A stretch of 64,000 bases of DNA from Mobula hypostoma (lineage: Eukaryota). Location: the NCBI RefSeq assembly GCF_963921235.1, contig NC_086100.1, positions 204,726,001 to 204,790,000 of the forward strand, read 5' to 3'. The notes beneath the pieces were generated by a model. That model ran no database searches. It saw only the letters and a list, made by a program, of their open reading frames with translations, and was not told where the DNA came from. The translations under genes and the position numbers were made by a program. Shown one piece after another: positions 35,755-48,271 of this stretch. How positions within the stretch are numbered: position 1 is the first letter of the stretch; each line of letters begins with the position of its first letter.

Positions 35755-37722
35755 ATACAAGTATAACATAGCAAAGTCGAGTGGGAAGCCGGAGGATTGG
35801 GAAACTTTTAAAGAGCAACAGAAGGCAATACACAGAGAAAAATGAGGTACGAAGGTAAACTAGCCAAGAATATAAAGGAGGATAGTAAAAGCTTCTTTAG
35901 GTATGTGAAAAGGGAAAAAATAGTTAGGACCAAAATTGGGCCCTTGAAGACAGAAACTGGTGAATTTATTATGGGGAACAAGGAAATGGCAGACGAGCTG
36001 AACAGGTACCTTGGATCTGTCTTCACTAGGGAAGACACAAACAATCTCCCAGATGTAATAGTAGCCAAAGGACCTAGGGTAATGGATGAACTGAAGGAAA
36101 TTTATATTAGGCAGGAAATGGTGTTGGATAGACTGTTGGGTCTGAAAGCTGATAAGTCCCCGGGACCTGATGGTCTGCATCCTAGGGTACTTAAAGAGGT
36201 GGCTTTAGAAATTGTGGACGCATTGGTAATCATTTTCCAATGTTCTATATATTCAGGATCAGTTCCTGTGGATTGGAGGGAGGCTAATGTTGTCCCTCTC
36301 TTCAAGAAGGGAGGAAGAGAGAAAACAGGGAATTATAAACCAGTTAGCCTGACATCGATGGTGGGAAAGATGCAGGAGTCAATTATAAAAGATGAAATTA
36401 CGACACATCTGGATAGCAGTAATAGGATCGGTCCGAGTCAGCATGGATTTACGAAGGGGAAATTTTGCTTGACTAATCTGCTAGAATTTTTTGACGATGC
36501 AACTATGAAAATGGACAAGGGAGAGCCAGTGGCTGTAGTGTACCTGGACTTTCAGAAAGTCTTTGATAAAAGTCCCACACAGGAGATTAGTGGGAAAAAT
36601 TAGGGCACATGGTATTGGGGGCCGAGTACTGACATGGATTGAAAATTGGCTGCCTGACAGAAAACAAAGAGTAGCGATTAACAGGTCCCTTTCGGAATGG
36701 CAGGCGGTGACCAGTGTGGTACCGCAGGGTTCAGTGCTGGGACCGCAGCTGTTTACAATATATATTAATGATTTAGATGAGGGAATTAAAAGTAACATTA
36801 GCAAATTTGCCTATGACACAAAGCTGGGTGGCAGTGTGAAATGTGAGGAGGATGTTATGAGAATGCAGGATGACTTGGACAGGCTGGGTGAGTGGGCAGA
36901 TGCAGTTTAATGTTGATAAATGTGAGGTTATCCACTTTGGTGGTAAGAACGGGAAGGCAGATTATTATCTAAATGGAGTCAAGTTAGGAAAAGGGGAAGC
37001 ACAACGAGATCTAGGTGTTCTTGTACATCAGTCACTGAAAGCAAGCATGCAAGTACAGCAGGCAGTGAAGAAAGCTAATGGCATGCTGGCCTTCATAACA
37101 AGGGGAATTGAGTATAAGAGCAAAGAGCTCCTTCTGCAGCTGTACAGGGCCCTGGTGAGACCACACCTGGAGTACTGTGTGCAGTTTTGGTCTCCATATT
37201 TGAGGAAGGACATTCTTGCTATTGAGGGAGTGCAGCGTAGGTTCACAAGGTTAATTCCCGGGATGGCGGGACTGTCATATGTTGAAAGATTGGAGCGACT
37301 GGGCTTGTATACTCTGGAATTTAGAAGGCTGAGAGGGGATCTTATTGAAACATATAAGATTATATAGGGATTGGACATGCTGGAGGCAGGAAGCGTGTTC
37401 CCGCTGATGGGTGAGTCCAGAACCAGAGGCCACAGTTTAAGAATAAGGGGTAGGCCATTTAGAACAGAGTTGAGGAAAAACTTTTTCACCCAGAGAGTGG
37501 TGGATATATGGAATGCTCTGCCCCAGAAGGCTGTGGAGGCCAAGTCTCTGGATGCTTTCAAGAAAGAGATGGATAGAGCTCTTTAAGATAGCGGAATCAA
37601 AGGTTATGGGGATAAGGCAGGAACTGGATACTGATTGTCGATGATCAGCCATGATCACAGTGAATGGCGGTGCTGGCTCGAAGGGCTGAATGGCCTACTC
37701 CTGCACCTATTGTCTTTTGTCT
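35755..37722 (+). mobile_element. CR1 LINE ORF2 and 3' end, frameshifted
   Basis: ORFs 35842..36603, 36563..36910, 36870..37367 and 37371..37586 give consecutive RT and C-terminal motifs. Confidence 0.95.
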
Positions 37723-37729
37723 ATCACAG

Positions 37730-39620
37730 ATGTCAGAGGTTCCTGTACAGATTCCCACAGAACACCACTAACCCAGATCTCCTGTTAGAATACCTCCCTT
37801 CAAGCACCACCCTTTGTCTTCGATGGGTAACCCAGTTCTGAATCCAATTCACCATGGATCCCATACATCTTAATCTTTTGGATGAGCCTCCCATGTGGGA
37901 CATTGTCAAAGGCCTCACAAAAATGTGTGAAAACAACTTCCTGAGCTCAGCCTTCATCAATCATCCTCATCACAACATGAATAAAATCAATCAAGTCAGT
38001 AAGACTCCAAACAAAGCCATGTTGGATCCCATAATAAAGCTATGGTTTTACAAATACTCATAAATTCTATCCCTACCACTGGCAGTCTATAACTTCCAGG
38101 ATTATCCATGGTTCCCTTCTTGAATATTAGATCAACATTGGCTGCTCACCAGTCCTCCAGGACCTCGCCAGTGGCTAGCAAGGGCACAAAGATATTGGCC
38201 AAGGCCCCAGCAATCTCTTCACTTGCCTCAGTGAATAATCTGTGGTGTATCCCATCAGGCCCTGGGGTTTATCTACCTTACTGCTATTTAAAAGCCCAAA
38301 GCTACCTGCTTAGTTACTTAAAAATACTTGAGCATATTAATACTCTTCACTTTGATCTCCACATGCTCCATGTCCTTTTCTTTGGTAAATATTGATGTAA
38401 AGTACTCATTATAAACCTCAGCCACATCCTTTGTATCCAACCAAATGTTCCCCTCCCCATTTGTCCCACCCTCTCCCTTGTTTTCCTCTTGCTTCTGATG
38501 TATGTGTAGAATGTTTTGAGATTCTCTTTAATCATAATTGCCAAGGAGTTTTTAAGGGCCGCAATGGCTTTCCTAATTCTCCTCGAGTTTTTTTTTCTTG
38601 GAGTTCTTCTCTGGCTTCATATTAATCCCTGAAGTCTCTGTTTGATTCTAGCTTCTTAAGCTTTACCTACTTTCTGTTTTATTCTGGACTACATTCATGA
38701 CATCCCTCAACATCCCTGGTTCTCTACCTTGCCATTCTTGTCCTTTCTTCTGGCTGGAAGATACCTGTCCTGTACTCTGTGTAGTTAGACTTCAAACACC
38801 CTCCACATGTTGGATGTGGACTTGCCCAAAAATAGCTGTTCCCTGTTACCTCTCCCTCCTTCCTGCCTAATCTCTTGTAATAGTTTAATACTCACCCACA
38901 AGGTCTGTGCTTATTCCCATCTGCACTTTTCATTCTCCCCATACTTTCCTCCATTCACCATAAAATTATTTCCATTCATAACCACCATTTCTGCCCCGGA
39001 GAAAAGTCTCTATCTGTCCACTCGATCTACTGTATGCCTCTGATCATCTTGTACACATCTATGACGTCAGATCTCCTCCGCCTTTGCTCCAAAAAGAAAC
39101 ACCCTGGCTCGCTCAAAGTATCATCAGAGTACATGCTCTCTAATCCAGGCAGCATCCTGGTAAACCTCCTCTGCACCCTCTCTATCGTTTCCACATCCTT
39201 CCTATAATGAGGCGCTCGGAAGTGAACACAATATTCCAAGTGTGGTCTAACCAGGATATTTAGAGTTACAACGTGACCTCATGGCTCCTGAACTCAATCT
39301 CTTGACTAATGTGGCTGACACCCAAATCGTCTTCTTAAACTGCCTATCAAGGTGTGAAGAAACATTGCGGGATCTGTGGATGTGGTCCCTAACATCCCTC
39401 TGTTCCTCCATACTGCTAACAATCCTGCTGTTAACCCTGTACTCTGCCTTCAAATTCGTCCTTCCAAAGTGGATCACTTCGCACTTTTCCGTGTTGAACT
39501 TCATCTGGCACTTCTCAACCCTGTTCTGCATCCTTTCAATGTCCATTGTAACCTATGACAATCTTCTACAGTGACCACAACCCTAGCAATCTCCATATTA
39601 TCTGCAAACTTACGAATTCC
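37730..39620 (-). mobile_element. Degenerate CR1 fragments
   Basis: WIQNW..RRQRVV; EYCV.F..PHYRKD..RRFTRMLPGL. Confidence 0.75.
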
Positions 39621-39684
39621 ACCCTTCCACTTCCTCAAACAGATCATTTCTAAAGATAAACGACTAAAAACAGGAGATCACAGA

Positions 39685-41256
39685 ACAGACGTTCAACATA
39701 TTATTCTCCGTAACTTCCGCCACCTCCAGTGGGATCCCACCACTAAGCACATCTTTCCCTCCCCCCGCCCTCTGCTTTAGAAACATAGAAAATAGGTGCA
39801 GGAGTAGGCCATTCGGCCCTTCGAGCCTGCACCGCCATTCAGTATGATCATGGCTGATCATCCGACTCAGAACCCTGTACCAGCCTTCCCCCCATACCCC
39901 CTGATCCCTTTAGCCACAAGGGCCATATCTAACTCCCTCTTAAATATAGCCAATGAACTGGCCTCAACTGTTTCCTGTGGCAGAGAATTCCACAGATTCA
40001 CCACTCTCTGTGTGAAGAAGTTTTTCCTAATCTCGGTCCTAAAAGCCTTCCCCTTTATCCTCAAACTGTGACCCCTCATTCTGGACTTCCCCAACATCGG
40101 GAACAATCTTCCTGCAACTCGCCTGTCCAATCCCTTTAGGATTTTATATGTTTCAATAAGATCACACCTCAACCTTTTAAATTCCAACGAGTATAAGCCT
40201 AGTCGATCCATTCTTTAATCATATGAAAGTCCTGCCATCCCAGGAATCAATCTGGTGAACCTTCTTTGTACTCCCTCTATGGCAAGGATGTCTTTCCTCA
40301 GATTAGGGGACCAAAACTGCACACAATACTCCAGGTGTGGTCTCACCAAGGCCTCGTTTAAGGCCTTTCCGCAGGGATCACTCCCTACGCGACTCCCTTG
40401 TCCATTCATCCCCCCCCCATCCCTTCCCACTGATCTCCCTCCTGGCACTTATTCTTGTAAGCAGAACAAGTGCAACACATGCCCTTACACTTCCTCCCTT
40501 ACCACCATTCAGGGGCCCAGACAGTCCTTCCAGGTGAGGTGACACTTCACCTGTGAGTCGGCTGGGGTGATATACTGCGTCCGGTGCTCCCGATGTGGCC
40601 TTCTATATATTGGCGAGACCCGATGCAGACTGGGAGATCGTTTTGCTGAACACCTACACTCTGTCCGCCAGAGAAAGCAGGATCTCCCAGTGGCCACGTA
40701 TTTTAATTCCACATCCCATTCCCATTCTGATATGTCTATCCACGGCCTCCTCTATTGTAAAGATGAAGCCACACTCAGGTTGGAGGAACAACACCTTATA
40801 TTCCGTCAGGGTAGCCTCCAACCTGATGGCATGAACACTGACTTCTCTAACTTCCGCTAGTGCCCCACCTCCCCCTCGCACTCCATCCGTTATTTATTTA
40901 TATACACACATTCTTTCTCTCACTCTCCTTTTTCTCCCTCTGTCCCTCTCACTATACCCCTTGCCCATCCTCTGGGTTCCCCCCCCTCCCTTTTTCTTCT
41001 CCCTGGGCCTCCTGTCCCATGATCCTCTCATATCCCTTTTGCCAATCACCTGTCCAGCTCTCGGCTCCATTCCTCCCCCTCCTGTCTTCTCCTATCATTT
41101 TGGATCTCCTCCTCCCCCTCCCCCTCCCACTTTCAAATCTCTTACTAGCTCTTCCTTCAGTTAGTCCTGACGAAGGGTCTCAGCCCAAAACGGCGACTGT
41201 ACCTCTTCCTAGAGATGCTGCCTGGCCTGCTGCGTTCACCAGCAACTTTGATGTAT
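39685..41256 (+). mobile_element. Older 5'-truncated Penelope-like copy, interrupted by CR1 (39778-40352); its last ~45 bp lie at 44611-44657
   Basis: QHIILRNFRHLQ.DPTTKHIFP, then IYCVRCSRCGLLYIGET..FSNFR* and 3' UTR. Confidence 0.9.
39778..40352 (-). mobile_element. CR1 3' end nested in a Penelope copy
   Basis: [26 protein letters not shown] plus tail. Confidence 0.9.
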
Positions 41257-41352
41257 ACAACAGGAATTCTGCAGATGCTGGAAATTCAAGCAACATACAT
41301 CAAAGTTGCTGGTGAACGCAGCAGGCCAAGCAGCATCTATAGGAAGAGGCGC

Positions 41353-41388
41353 AGTCGACGTTTCAGGCTGAGACCCTTCGTCAGGACT
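41353..41388 (-). ncRNA. Minimal type I hammerhead ribozyme motif
   Basis: Minus strand AGTC-CTGACGA-AGG-GTCTCAG-CCT-GAAAC-GTC-GACT: stem I, CUGAnGA, stem II, GAAA, palindromic ACGT stem III and a GUC triplet. Confidence 0.8.
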
Positions 41389-41681
41389 AACTGAAGGAAG
41401 AGTGAGTAAGGGATTTGAAAGCTGGAGGGGGAGGAGGAGATGCAAAATGATAGGAGAAGACAGGAGGGGGAGGGATAGAGCCGAGAGCTGGACAGGTGAT
41501 AGGCAAAAGGGGATACGAGAGGATCATGGGACAGGAGGCCTAGGGAGAAAGACGGGGGGGGGGTGACCCAGAGGATGGGCAAGAGGTATATTCAGAGGGA
41601 CAGAGGGAGAAAAAGGAGAGTGAGAGAAAGAATGTGTGCATAAAAAGGAGTAACAGCTGGGGTACGAGGGGGAGGTGGGGC

Positions 41682-44423
41682 CTAGCGGAAGTTAGAGAAG
41701 TCAATGTTCATGCCATCAGGTTGGAGGCTACCCAGACGGAATATAAGGTGTTGTTCCTCCAACCTGAGTGTGGCTTCATCTTTACAGTAGAGGAGGCCGT
41801 GGATAGACATGTCAGAATGGGAATGGGATGTGGAATTAAAATGTGTGGCCACTGGGAGATCCTGCTTTCTCTGGCGGACAGAGCGTAGATGTTCAGCAAA
41901 GCGGTCTCCCAGTCTGCGTCGGGTCTCACCAATATATAAAAGGCCACATCGGGAGCACCGGACGCAGTATATCACCCCAGTCGACTCACAGGTGAAGTGA
42001 TGCCTCACCTGGAAGGACTGTTTGGGGCCCTGAATGGTGGTAAGGGAGGAAGTGTAAGGGCATGTGTAGCACTTGTTCCGCTTACACGGATAAGTGCCAG
42101 GAGGGAGATCAGTGGGGAGGGATGGGGGGGACGAATGGACAAGGGAGTTGTGTAGGGAGCGATCCCTGCGGAATGCAGAGGGGGGGGAGGGAAAGATGTG
42201 CTTAGTGGTGGGATCCCGTTGGAGGTGGCGGAAGTTACGGAGAATAACATGTTGGACCCGGAGGCTGGTGGGGTGGTAGGTGAGGACCAGGGGAACCCTA
42301 TTCCTAGTGGGGTGGTGGGAGGATGGAGTGAGAGCAGATGTACGTGAAATGGAGGAGATGCGTTTAAGAGCAGAGTTGATAGTGGAGGAAGGGAAGCCCA
42401 TTTCTTTAAAAAATGAAGACATCTCCCTCGTCCTAGAATGAAAAGCCTCATCCTGAGAGCAGATGCGGCGGAGACGGAGGAATTGCGAGAAGGGGATGGC
42501 GTTTTTGCAAGAGACAGGGTGAGAAGAGGAATAGTCCAGATAGCTGTGAGAGTCAGTAGGCTTATAGTAGATATCAGTGGATAAGCTGTCTCCAGAGACA
42601 GAGACAGAAAGATCTAGAAAGGGGAGGGAGGTGTCGGAAATAGACCAGGTAAACTTGAGGGCAGGGTGAAAGTTGGAGGCAAAGTTAATAAAGTCAACGA
42701 GTTCTGCATGCGTGCAGGAAGCAGCGCCAATGCAGTCGTCGATATAGCGAAGGAAAAGTGGGGGACAGATACCAGAATAGGGACGGAACATAGATTGTTC
42801 CACAAACCCAGCAAAAAGGCAGGCATAGCTAGGACCCATACGGGTGCCCATAGCTACACCTTTAGTTTGGAGGAAATGGGAGGAGCAAAAGGAGAAATTA
42901 TTAAGAGTAAGGACTAATTCCGCTAGACGGAGCAGAGTGGTGGTAGAGGGGAACTGATTAGGTCTGGAATCCAAAAAGAAGCGTAGAGCTTTGAGACCTT
43001 CCTGATGGGGGATGGAAGTATATAAGGACTGGACATCCATGGTGAAAATAAAGCGGTGGGGGCCAGGGAACTTAAAATCATCGAAAAGTTTAAGAGCGTG
43101 AGAAGTGTCACGAACATAGGTCGGAAGGGATTGAACAAGGGGTGATAAAACAGTGTCGAGGTATGCAGAAACGAGTTCGGTGGGGCAGGAGCAAGCTGAG
43201 ACAATAGGTCGGCCAGGACAGGCAGGTTTGTGGATCTTGGGTAGGAGGTAGAAACGGGAAGTGCGGGGTGTGGGAACTATAAGGTTGGTAGCAGTGGATG
43301 GGAGATCCCCTGAGCGGATAAAGTCGTTGATAGTGTGGGAGACAATGGCCTGGTGCTCCTTGGTGGGGTCACGATCGAGGGGTAAATAAGAGGAGGTATC
43401 CGCGAGTTGTCGCTGTGCCTCGGCAAGGTAGAGGTCAGTACGCCAGACTACAACAGCACCCCCCTTATCAGCGGGTTTAATAATAAGGTTAGGATTAGTG
43501 CGGAGGGAGTGGAGAGCAGAGCGTTCCGAAGGAGTGAGGTTGGAATGGGGACAAGGTGCGGTGAAGTCGAGACGGTTGATGTCCCGTCGGCAGTTGGCAA
43601 TAAAGAGATCCAGAGCAGGCAGAAGACCAGAGCGGGGTGTCCATGAAGAAGAGGAGGGTTGAAGACGGGAGAAGGGGTCATCGGTGGGGGTGGAAGAGTC
43701 CTTGCCGAAGAAGTAGGCTCGGAGACGGAGACGGCGGAAGAAAAGTTCCGCATCGTGGCGAACACGGAACTCGCTGAGGTGTGGGCGAAGGGGGACAAAT
43801 GTGAGGCCCTTACTGAGAACAGAGCGTTCTGCCTCCGACAGTTGAAGGTCGGAGGGGATGGTAAAGACCCGGCACGGATGAGAGCTGGGATCAGAGGAGG
43901 GAGGGGGGAGGCTGGGGGTGTCAATGGAGAGGGGAGGGTTGGGGTGAGAGGAAGATGGAGCCTCTGAGGGCCCAGGAGCTGACGGTGGTATCTGAGGAAG
44001 ACGGGGCTGCGGAGTGGTGGTGGGGGAAGGGGAGACGGGAGTCACAATAGCAGCACATAAAGACCCGGCCTGGAGTTCAAGGCTGGAGTTGCAGTTGGTG
44101 GTTGCGCGATCGCTTTGAATGTCTCCATGGTCGTTGCTGGAGTCCGGGTTTTGAATATGTCCTGAGGTGTTGGAGCCGCCGAGATCAACGGCAGGCGCCG
44201 CAATTGAAAGTTCATGCCTGCTAGCGTCGGGGCCAGCAGGCTCTGGAGTCCGTAGATGTAAGATCTTACGATCTTTGCCTAACATGACAAAGTCAAAAAA
44301 ACGGCGATTGCAGGCGTGGATCCGACGGAGGATGAAATAGCGGGTAGGACCATTACAGACGGCGAAGAAAGTGTCCCGAAGGTGTGGAAGGGTCTGGGAT
44401 AGGGACACCAAGTACCTCCTCAT
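41682..44423 (-). CDS. Penelope-like reverse transcriptase / GIY-YIG endonuclease polyprotein (913 aa)
   Basis: IIKPADKG, YLLPKIHK, GRPIVS, MDVQSLYT, GVAMGT, RYIDD, FLD, YYKPT; VIYCVRC..CGLLYIGET.R.L..RFAEH; no stops; frame stays open upstream to 44610. Confidence 0.93.
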   Translation of the reverse strand: MRRYLVSLSQTLPHLRDTFFAVCNGPTRYFILRRIHACNRRFFDFVMLGKDRKILHLRTPEPAGPDASRHELSIAAPAVDLGGSNTSGHIQNPDSSNDHGDIQSDRATTNCNSSLELQAGSLCAAIVTPVSPSPTTTPQPRLPQIPPSAPGPSEAPSSSHPNPPLSIDTPSLPPPSSDPSSHPCRVFTIPSDLQLSEAERSVLSKGLTFVPLRPHLSEFRVRHDAELFFRRLRLRAYFFGKDSSTPTDDPFSRLQPSSSSWTPRSGLLPALDLFIANCRRDINRLDFTAPCPHSNLTPSERSALHSLRTNPNLIIKPADKGGAVVVWRTDLYLAEAQRQLADTSSYLPLDRDPTKEHQAIVSHTINDFIRSGDLPSTATNLIVPTPRTSRFYLLPKIHKPACPGRPIVSACSCPTELVSAYLDTVLSPLVQSLPTYVRDTSHALKLFDDFKFPGPHRFIFTMDVQSLYTSIPHQEGLKALRFFLDSRPNQFPSTTTLLRLAELVLTLNNFSFCSSHFLQTKGVAMGTRMGPSYACLFAGFVEQSMFRPYSGICPPLFLRYIDDCIGAASCTHAELVDFINFASNFHPALKFTWSISDTSLPFLDLSVSVSGDSLSTDIYYKPTDSHSYLDYSSSHPVSCKNAIPFSQFLRLRRICSQDEAFHSRTREMSSFFKEMGFPSSTINSALKRISSISRTSALTPSSHHPTRNRVPLVLTYHPTSLRVQHVILRNFRHLQRDPTTKHIFPSPPSAFRRDRSLHNSLVHSSPPSLPTDLPPGTYPCKRNKCYTCPYTSSLTTIQGPKQSFQVRHHFTCESTGVIYCVRCSRCGLLYIGETRRRLGDRFAEHLRSVRQRKQDLPVATHFNSTSHSHSDMSIHGLLYCKDEATLRLEEQHLIFRLGSLQPDGMNIDFSNFR

Positions 44424-47077
44424 GGCGGAGAGCGTCGCCTTCAGAGCTTGACGGGAGAAGCGGCGAGAGGCAGAGTCAATAAAATGTGAGTACCTGGGAT
44501 CCTCAGAAGGTCCAAATTGAGAGGCTTGGAAACGAATCCTAAAGCCAACTGGAGTAAGTTGGCGACGGAGGCACGTTCCAAGAAAGGATACATGGAAGTG
44601 ATAGCGAGTCTGATGTATGTTGCTTGAATTTCCAGAATCTGCAGAATTCCTCGTGTTTACGTGTGTCCATGTACGTCACCACTGGTTACCAAACTCCAGG
44701 GAGAAAACACTCTGCATAATTATCTTCTGCCTTCCCTGGATAAAAAAAACAATTTTGAATACACCAGACAACTTTCCCTGAATACTGAAATAGCCTATCA
44801 TGGTGAAACCTATCAAATGCCTTATTAAAATCCATTTTTACCAGATCAATGTCTCTACCTTTATCAATGTGCTTTGTCATATCCTCACAAAATACAACAT
44901 GGCTTCTGAGACATGACCTGCCCCTCTGAAGCCATAATGACTATTTCAAATCAGGTCTTCAAATTCTCATAAATAATGTCTCTAACGATCTTTTCCAATA
45001 GTTTGCGCACAGAAATAGGACTCACTAGACTATAATTTTCATAGTTATCTGTACTTCTTTTTTTAAACAAAGGAATAATATTTTCAACATTCCAAAGCTC
45101 TGACACTACTTCTCTGGCCAGTGATAAAGCCAAGGGTGCAGCAATCTCTAACCCTTCTGTCTCTAACCCTCAATCTCTGCATTCAGGACCTACCCTACCT
45201 GAAGCAGCAGTAGAACCTAATTCATAACAATAGATTTTAATAACAATGAATTATAATAATATACATATTAAATAGTTAAATTATATAAGTAGTGCAAACA
45301 TTTTTAAAAAATGCAATAAACTCTTTTAATTGTGTGGAAATTCTGGAACAAAGCTTCACTAAACTGTACACATTTATGAGAAGCTCAGAAAAATAGAAAA
45401 GGCTAAATTCTCCTATGAATGGGTCATATACCCAGAAATATTGGCTGCACTTTGGCAGGTCGAAACAGTGGAATAGACCATAAGACCATAAAATATTGGA
45501 GCAGAAGTAGACCATTTGGCCCATCGAGCCTGCTCCGCCATTCTATCATGTACTGATCCAATTCTTCCAGTCAACCCCATTCCCCCGCCTTCACCCCATA
45601 CCCTTTGATACACTGGCTAATCAAGAACCTATCTATCTCTGCCTTAAATACACCCAATGACTTGGCCTCCACAGCCGCTCATGGCAACAAATTCCACAGA
45701 TTTACCACCTACTGACTAAAGTAATTTCTCTGCCTCTCTGTTCTAAATGGATGTCCTTCAATTCTGACCTTGTGCCCTCTTGTCCTAGAATCTCCTACCA
45801 TATGGGAAGTAACTTTGCCATATCTAATCTGTTCAGGCCTGTTAACTTTTGGAATGTTTCTATGAGATCCCCCCTCATTCTCCTGAACTCCAGGGAATTC
45901 AGCCCAAGAAGTGCCAGATGTTCCTCACATGGTAACCTCTCATTCCTGGAATAATTCTCGTGAATCTTCTCTGAACCCTCTCCTATGTCAGTATATCCTT
46001 TCTCAAATAAGCCCAAAACTGCACACAATGCTCGAAGAGTGGTGTCATGAGTGCCTTATACAGTCTCAACATCACAAGCCTGCTCTTATATTCTATACCT
46101 CTAGAAATGAATGCCAACATTGCATTCACCTTCTTCACCACCGACTCAACCTGGAGGTTAATCTTTTGGGGTATCCTGCACAAGGACTCCCAAGTCCCTT
46201 TGCATCTCTGCATTTTGAATTCTCTCCCCATCTAAATAATAGTCTGCCGTTTATTTCTTCCACCAAGGTTCATGACCATACATTTTCCAACATTGTATTT
46301 CACTTGTCACTTCTTTGCCCATTCCCTAAACTATCTAAGTCTCTCTGCAGGTCTCTGTGTCCTCAACACTACACGCTCCTCCACATATCTTTGTATCATT
46401 GACAAATTTAGCCGCAAATCCATTAAAACCGTAGTCCAAATCATAGACATACATCGTAAAAAGTAATGGTCCCAACACCAACTCCTGTGGAACTCCACTG
46501 GTAACCGGCAGCCAACCAGAATAGGATCCCCTTATTTCCACTCTCTGTTTTCTGCCAACCAGCCAATGCTCCACCGACACTAGTAACTTCCCTGTAATTC
46601 CATGGGCTGTTATCTTGCTAAGCAGCCTCATGTGTGGCAATGTTGGCATGTGCAGCACCTTGTCAAAGGCCTTCTGAAAATGCAAGTACACCATGTTTAC
46701 TGCATCTCCCTACTTTTAATTTCCTCAAAGAATTGCAGTTGGTTTGTCAGGCAGAATTTTCCTTTCAGGAAACCATGCTGGCTTTAGCCTATCTTGTCAT
46801 GTTCCTTCAGGTACTACATAATCTCATCCTTAACAATCGATTCCAACAACTTCCCAACCACTGATGTCAGGCTAACAGGTCCATCTGCTGCCACCCACCC
46901 TTCTTAAATAGCGGAGTAACATTTCCAATTTTCCAGTCATCCTGTACAATCCCAGAATCTATCGATTCTTGAAAGATCATCGTTAATGCCTCCACAATCT
47001 CTCCAGATTGATCCTTCAGAACCCCAGGGTGCATTCCATCAGGTCCAGGAGATTTATCCACCCTCAGACCATTAAGC

Positions 47078-47222
47078 CAATAGGCTGGTCCTGGACTTAT
47101 TTCCTGGCATAATTTACATATTACTATTTAACTATTTATGGTTTTATTACTATTTAATTATTTATGGTGCAACTGTAACGAAAACCAATTTCCCCCAGGA
47201 TCAATAAAGTATGACTATGACT
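47078..47222 (+). mobile_element. Short non-LTR 3' UTR insertion with (tatgac)n tail
   Basis: AATAAA plus tatgactatgact tail; 7-bp TSD attaagc at 47071-47077 and 47223-47229. Confidence 0.75.
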
Positions 47223-47514
47223 ATTAAGCTTCCTGAGCACCTTCTCAGTGGTAATTTTCACTGCACAAACTTCACTTCCTTGACACTCTTGAATGTCTGG
47301 TATACTGCAGATGTCTTCCACTGTGAAGACTGATGCAAAATACGTATTCAGTTCCTCTGCCATCTCTGCATCTCTCTTTATAATATCTCCAGCGTCATTT
47401 TGTATTGTCCTATATCTACCATTTATATACTTAAAAAAACTTTTAGTATGTTCTTTGATATTAGTTACCAGCATCCTCTCATAATTCATCTTTTCCTTCC
47501 AAATGACCTTCTTA

Positions 47515-48271
47515 AGGCTGATTTATACTTGCGCGTACTAGCATATGCTGTAGCCTACGCAAGTGGGATATGCCGTTGTGAGCATTTACACTTGTGTGTT
47601 GGTGTGTCTGCATCGCTCTGCAATTCAAGGCCGAAACGCTCGTTGGCGGTGGGGTTCCTATGCCACTGTGTTGAGTTTCAGTTTGAGTTTGAGTTTCAAC
47701 ACGAAGAAACTGAAACTTAAAACAATGGTGACTGTAACTGAAGGAGGGTGAATTTTTTCTGCTTGTCCGGCCACTGACAGACATGGACGAGGAAATGCAT
47801 TTCAAATATTTTTGGATCTCAGCAGGTAGATTTGATGATTTGGTTCATCGTCTCCAACCATTTATTTCGCATCAGTGTACACACAGTATACTCAGAGACT
47901 GGCAATCACCATTCGAGTTTTAGCTTCAGGTGGAAGTCACCAGGCTGTAGCAGCTAGCTACAAACTGGCATCAAGCACAGGGTCCTCCATAAGTTTGGAG
48001 GTCTGTAAAGCTTTATGGAAAGCATTGCAGCCAGAGTTCCTTCCCTGCCCTCCAGTCGCCCAATGGCAAGCTATTGCAACGTAGGAGGAAATGCGATGCT
48101 ACCAAGTGGACCAATCACAGTTGCTGCGGTCTGCATTGCAGCGATGCGTAGTTACATTTTGGGAGAAGTACACGTTAGGCTACGGCATAGGGTTGGCATA
48201 GAGTACAGCATAGGGTACGATGCTACGCCGTACCTATGGCGTACATTTGACGCACAAGTATAAATCAGCCT
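47515..48271 (+). mobile_element. Non-autonomous PIF/Harbinger DNA transposon
   Basis: 22-bp TIRs aggctgatttatacttgcgcgt / acgcacaagtataaatcagcct (1 mismatch); internal [25 protein letters not shown] resembles a Harbinger transposase N-terminus. Confidence 0.85.

Larger units (their letters stand above)
41257..44610 (-). mobile_element. Young Penelope-like retroelement, 5'-truncated, 8-bp TSD
   Basis: TGATGTAT at 41249-41256 and 44611-44618; uninterrupted ORF; 3' UTR with hammerhead motif. Confidence 0.93.

Noticed and set aside
41257..44657. Apparent ~45-bp terminal inverted repeats around the Penelope ORF
   Set aside because: The 8-bp TSD shows that 44611-44657 is the displaced tail of the older plus-strand copy, not a TIR.
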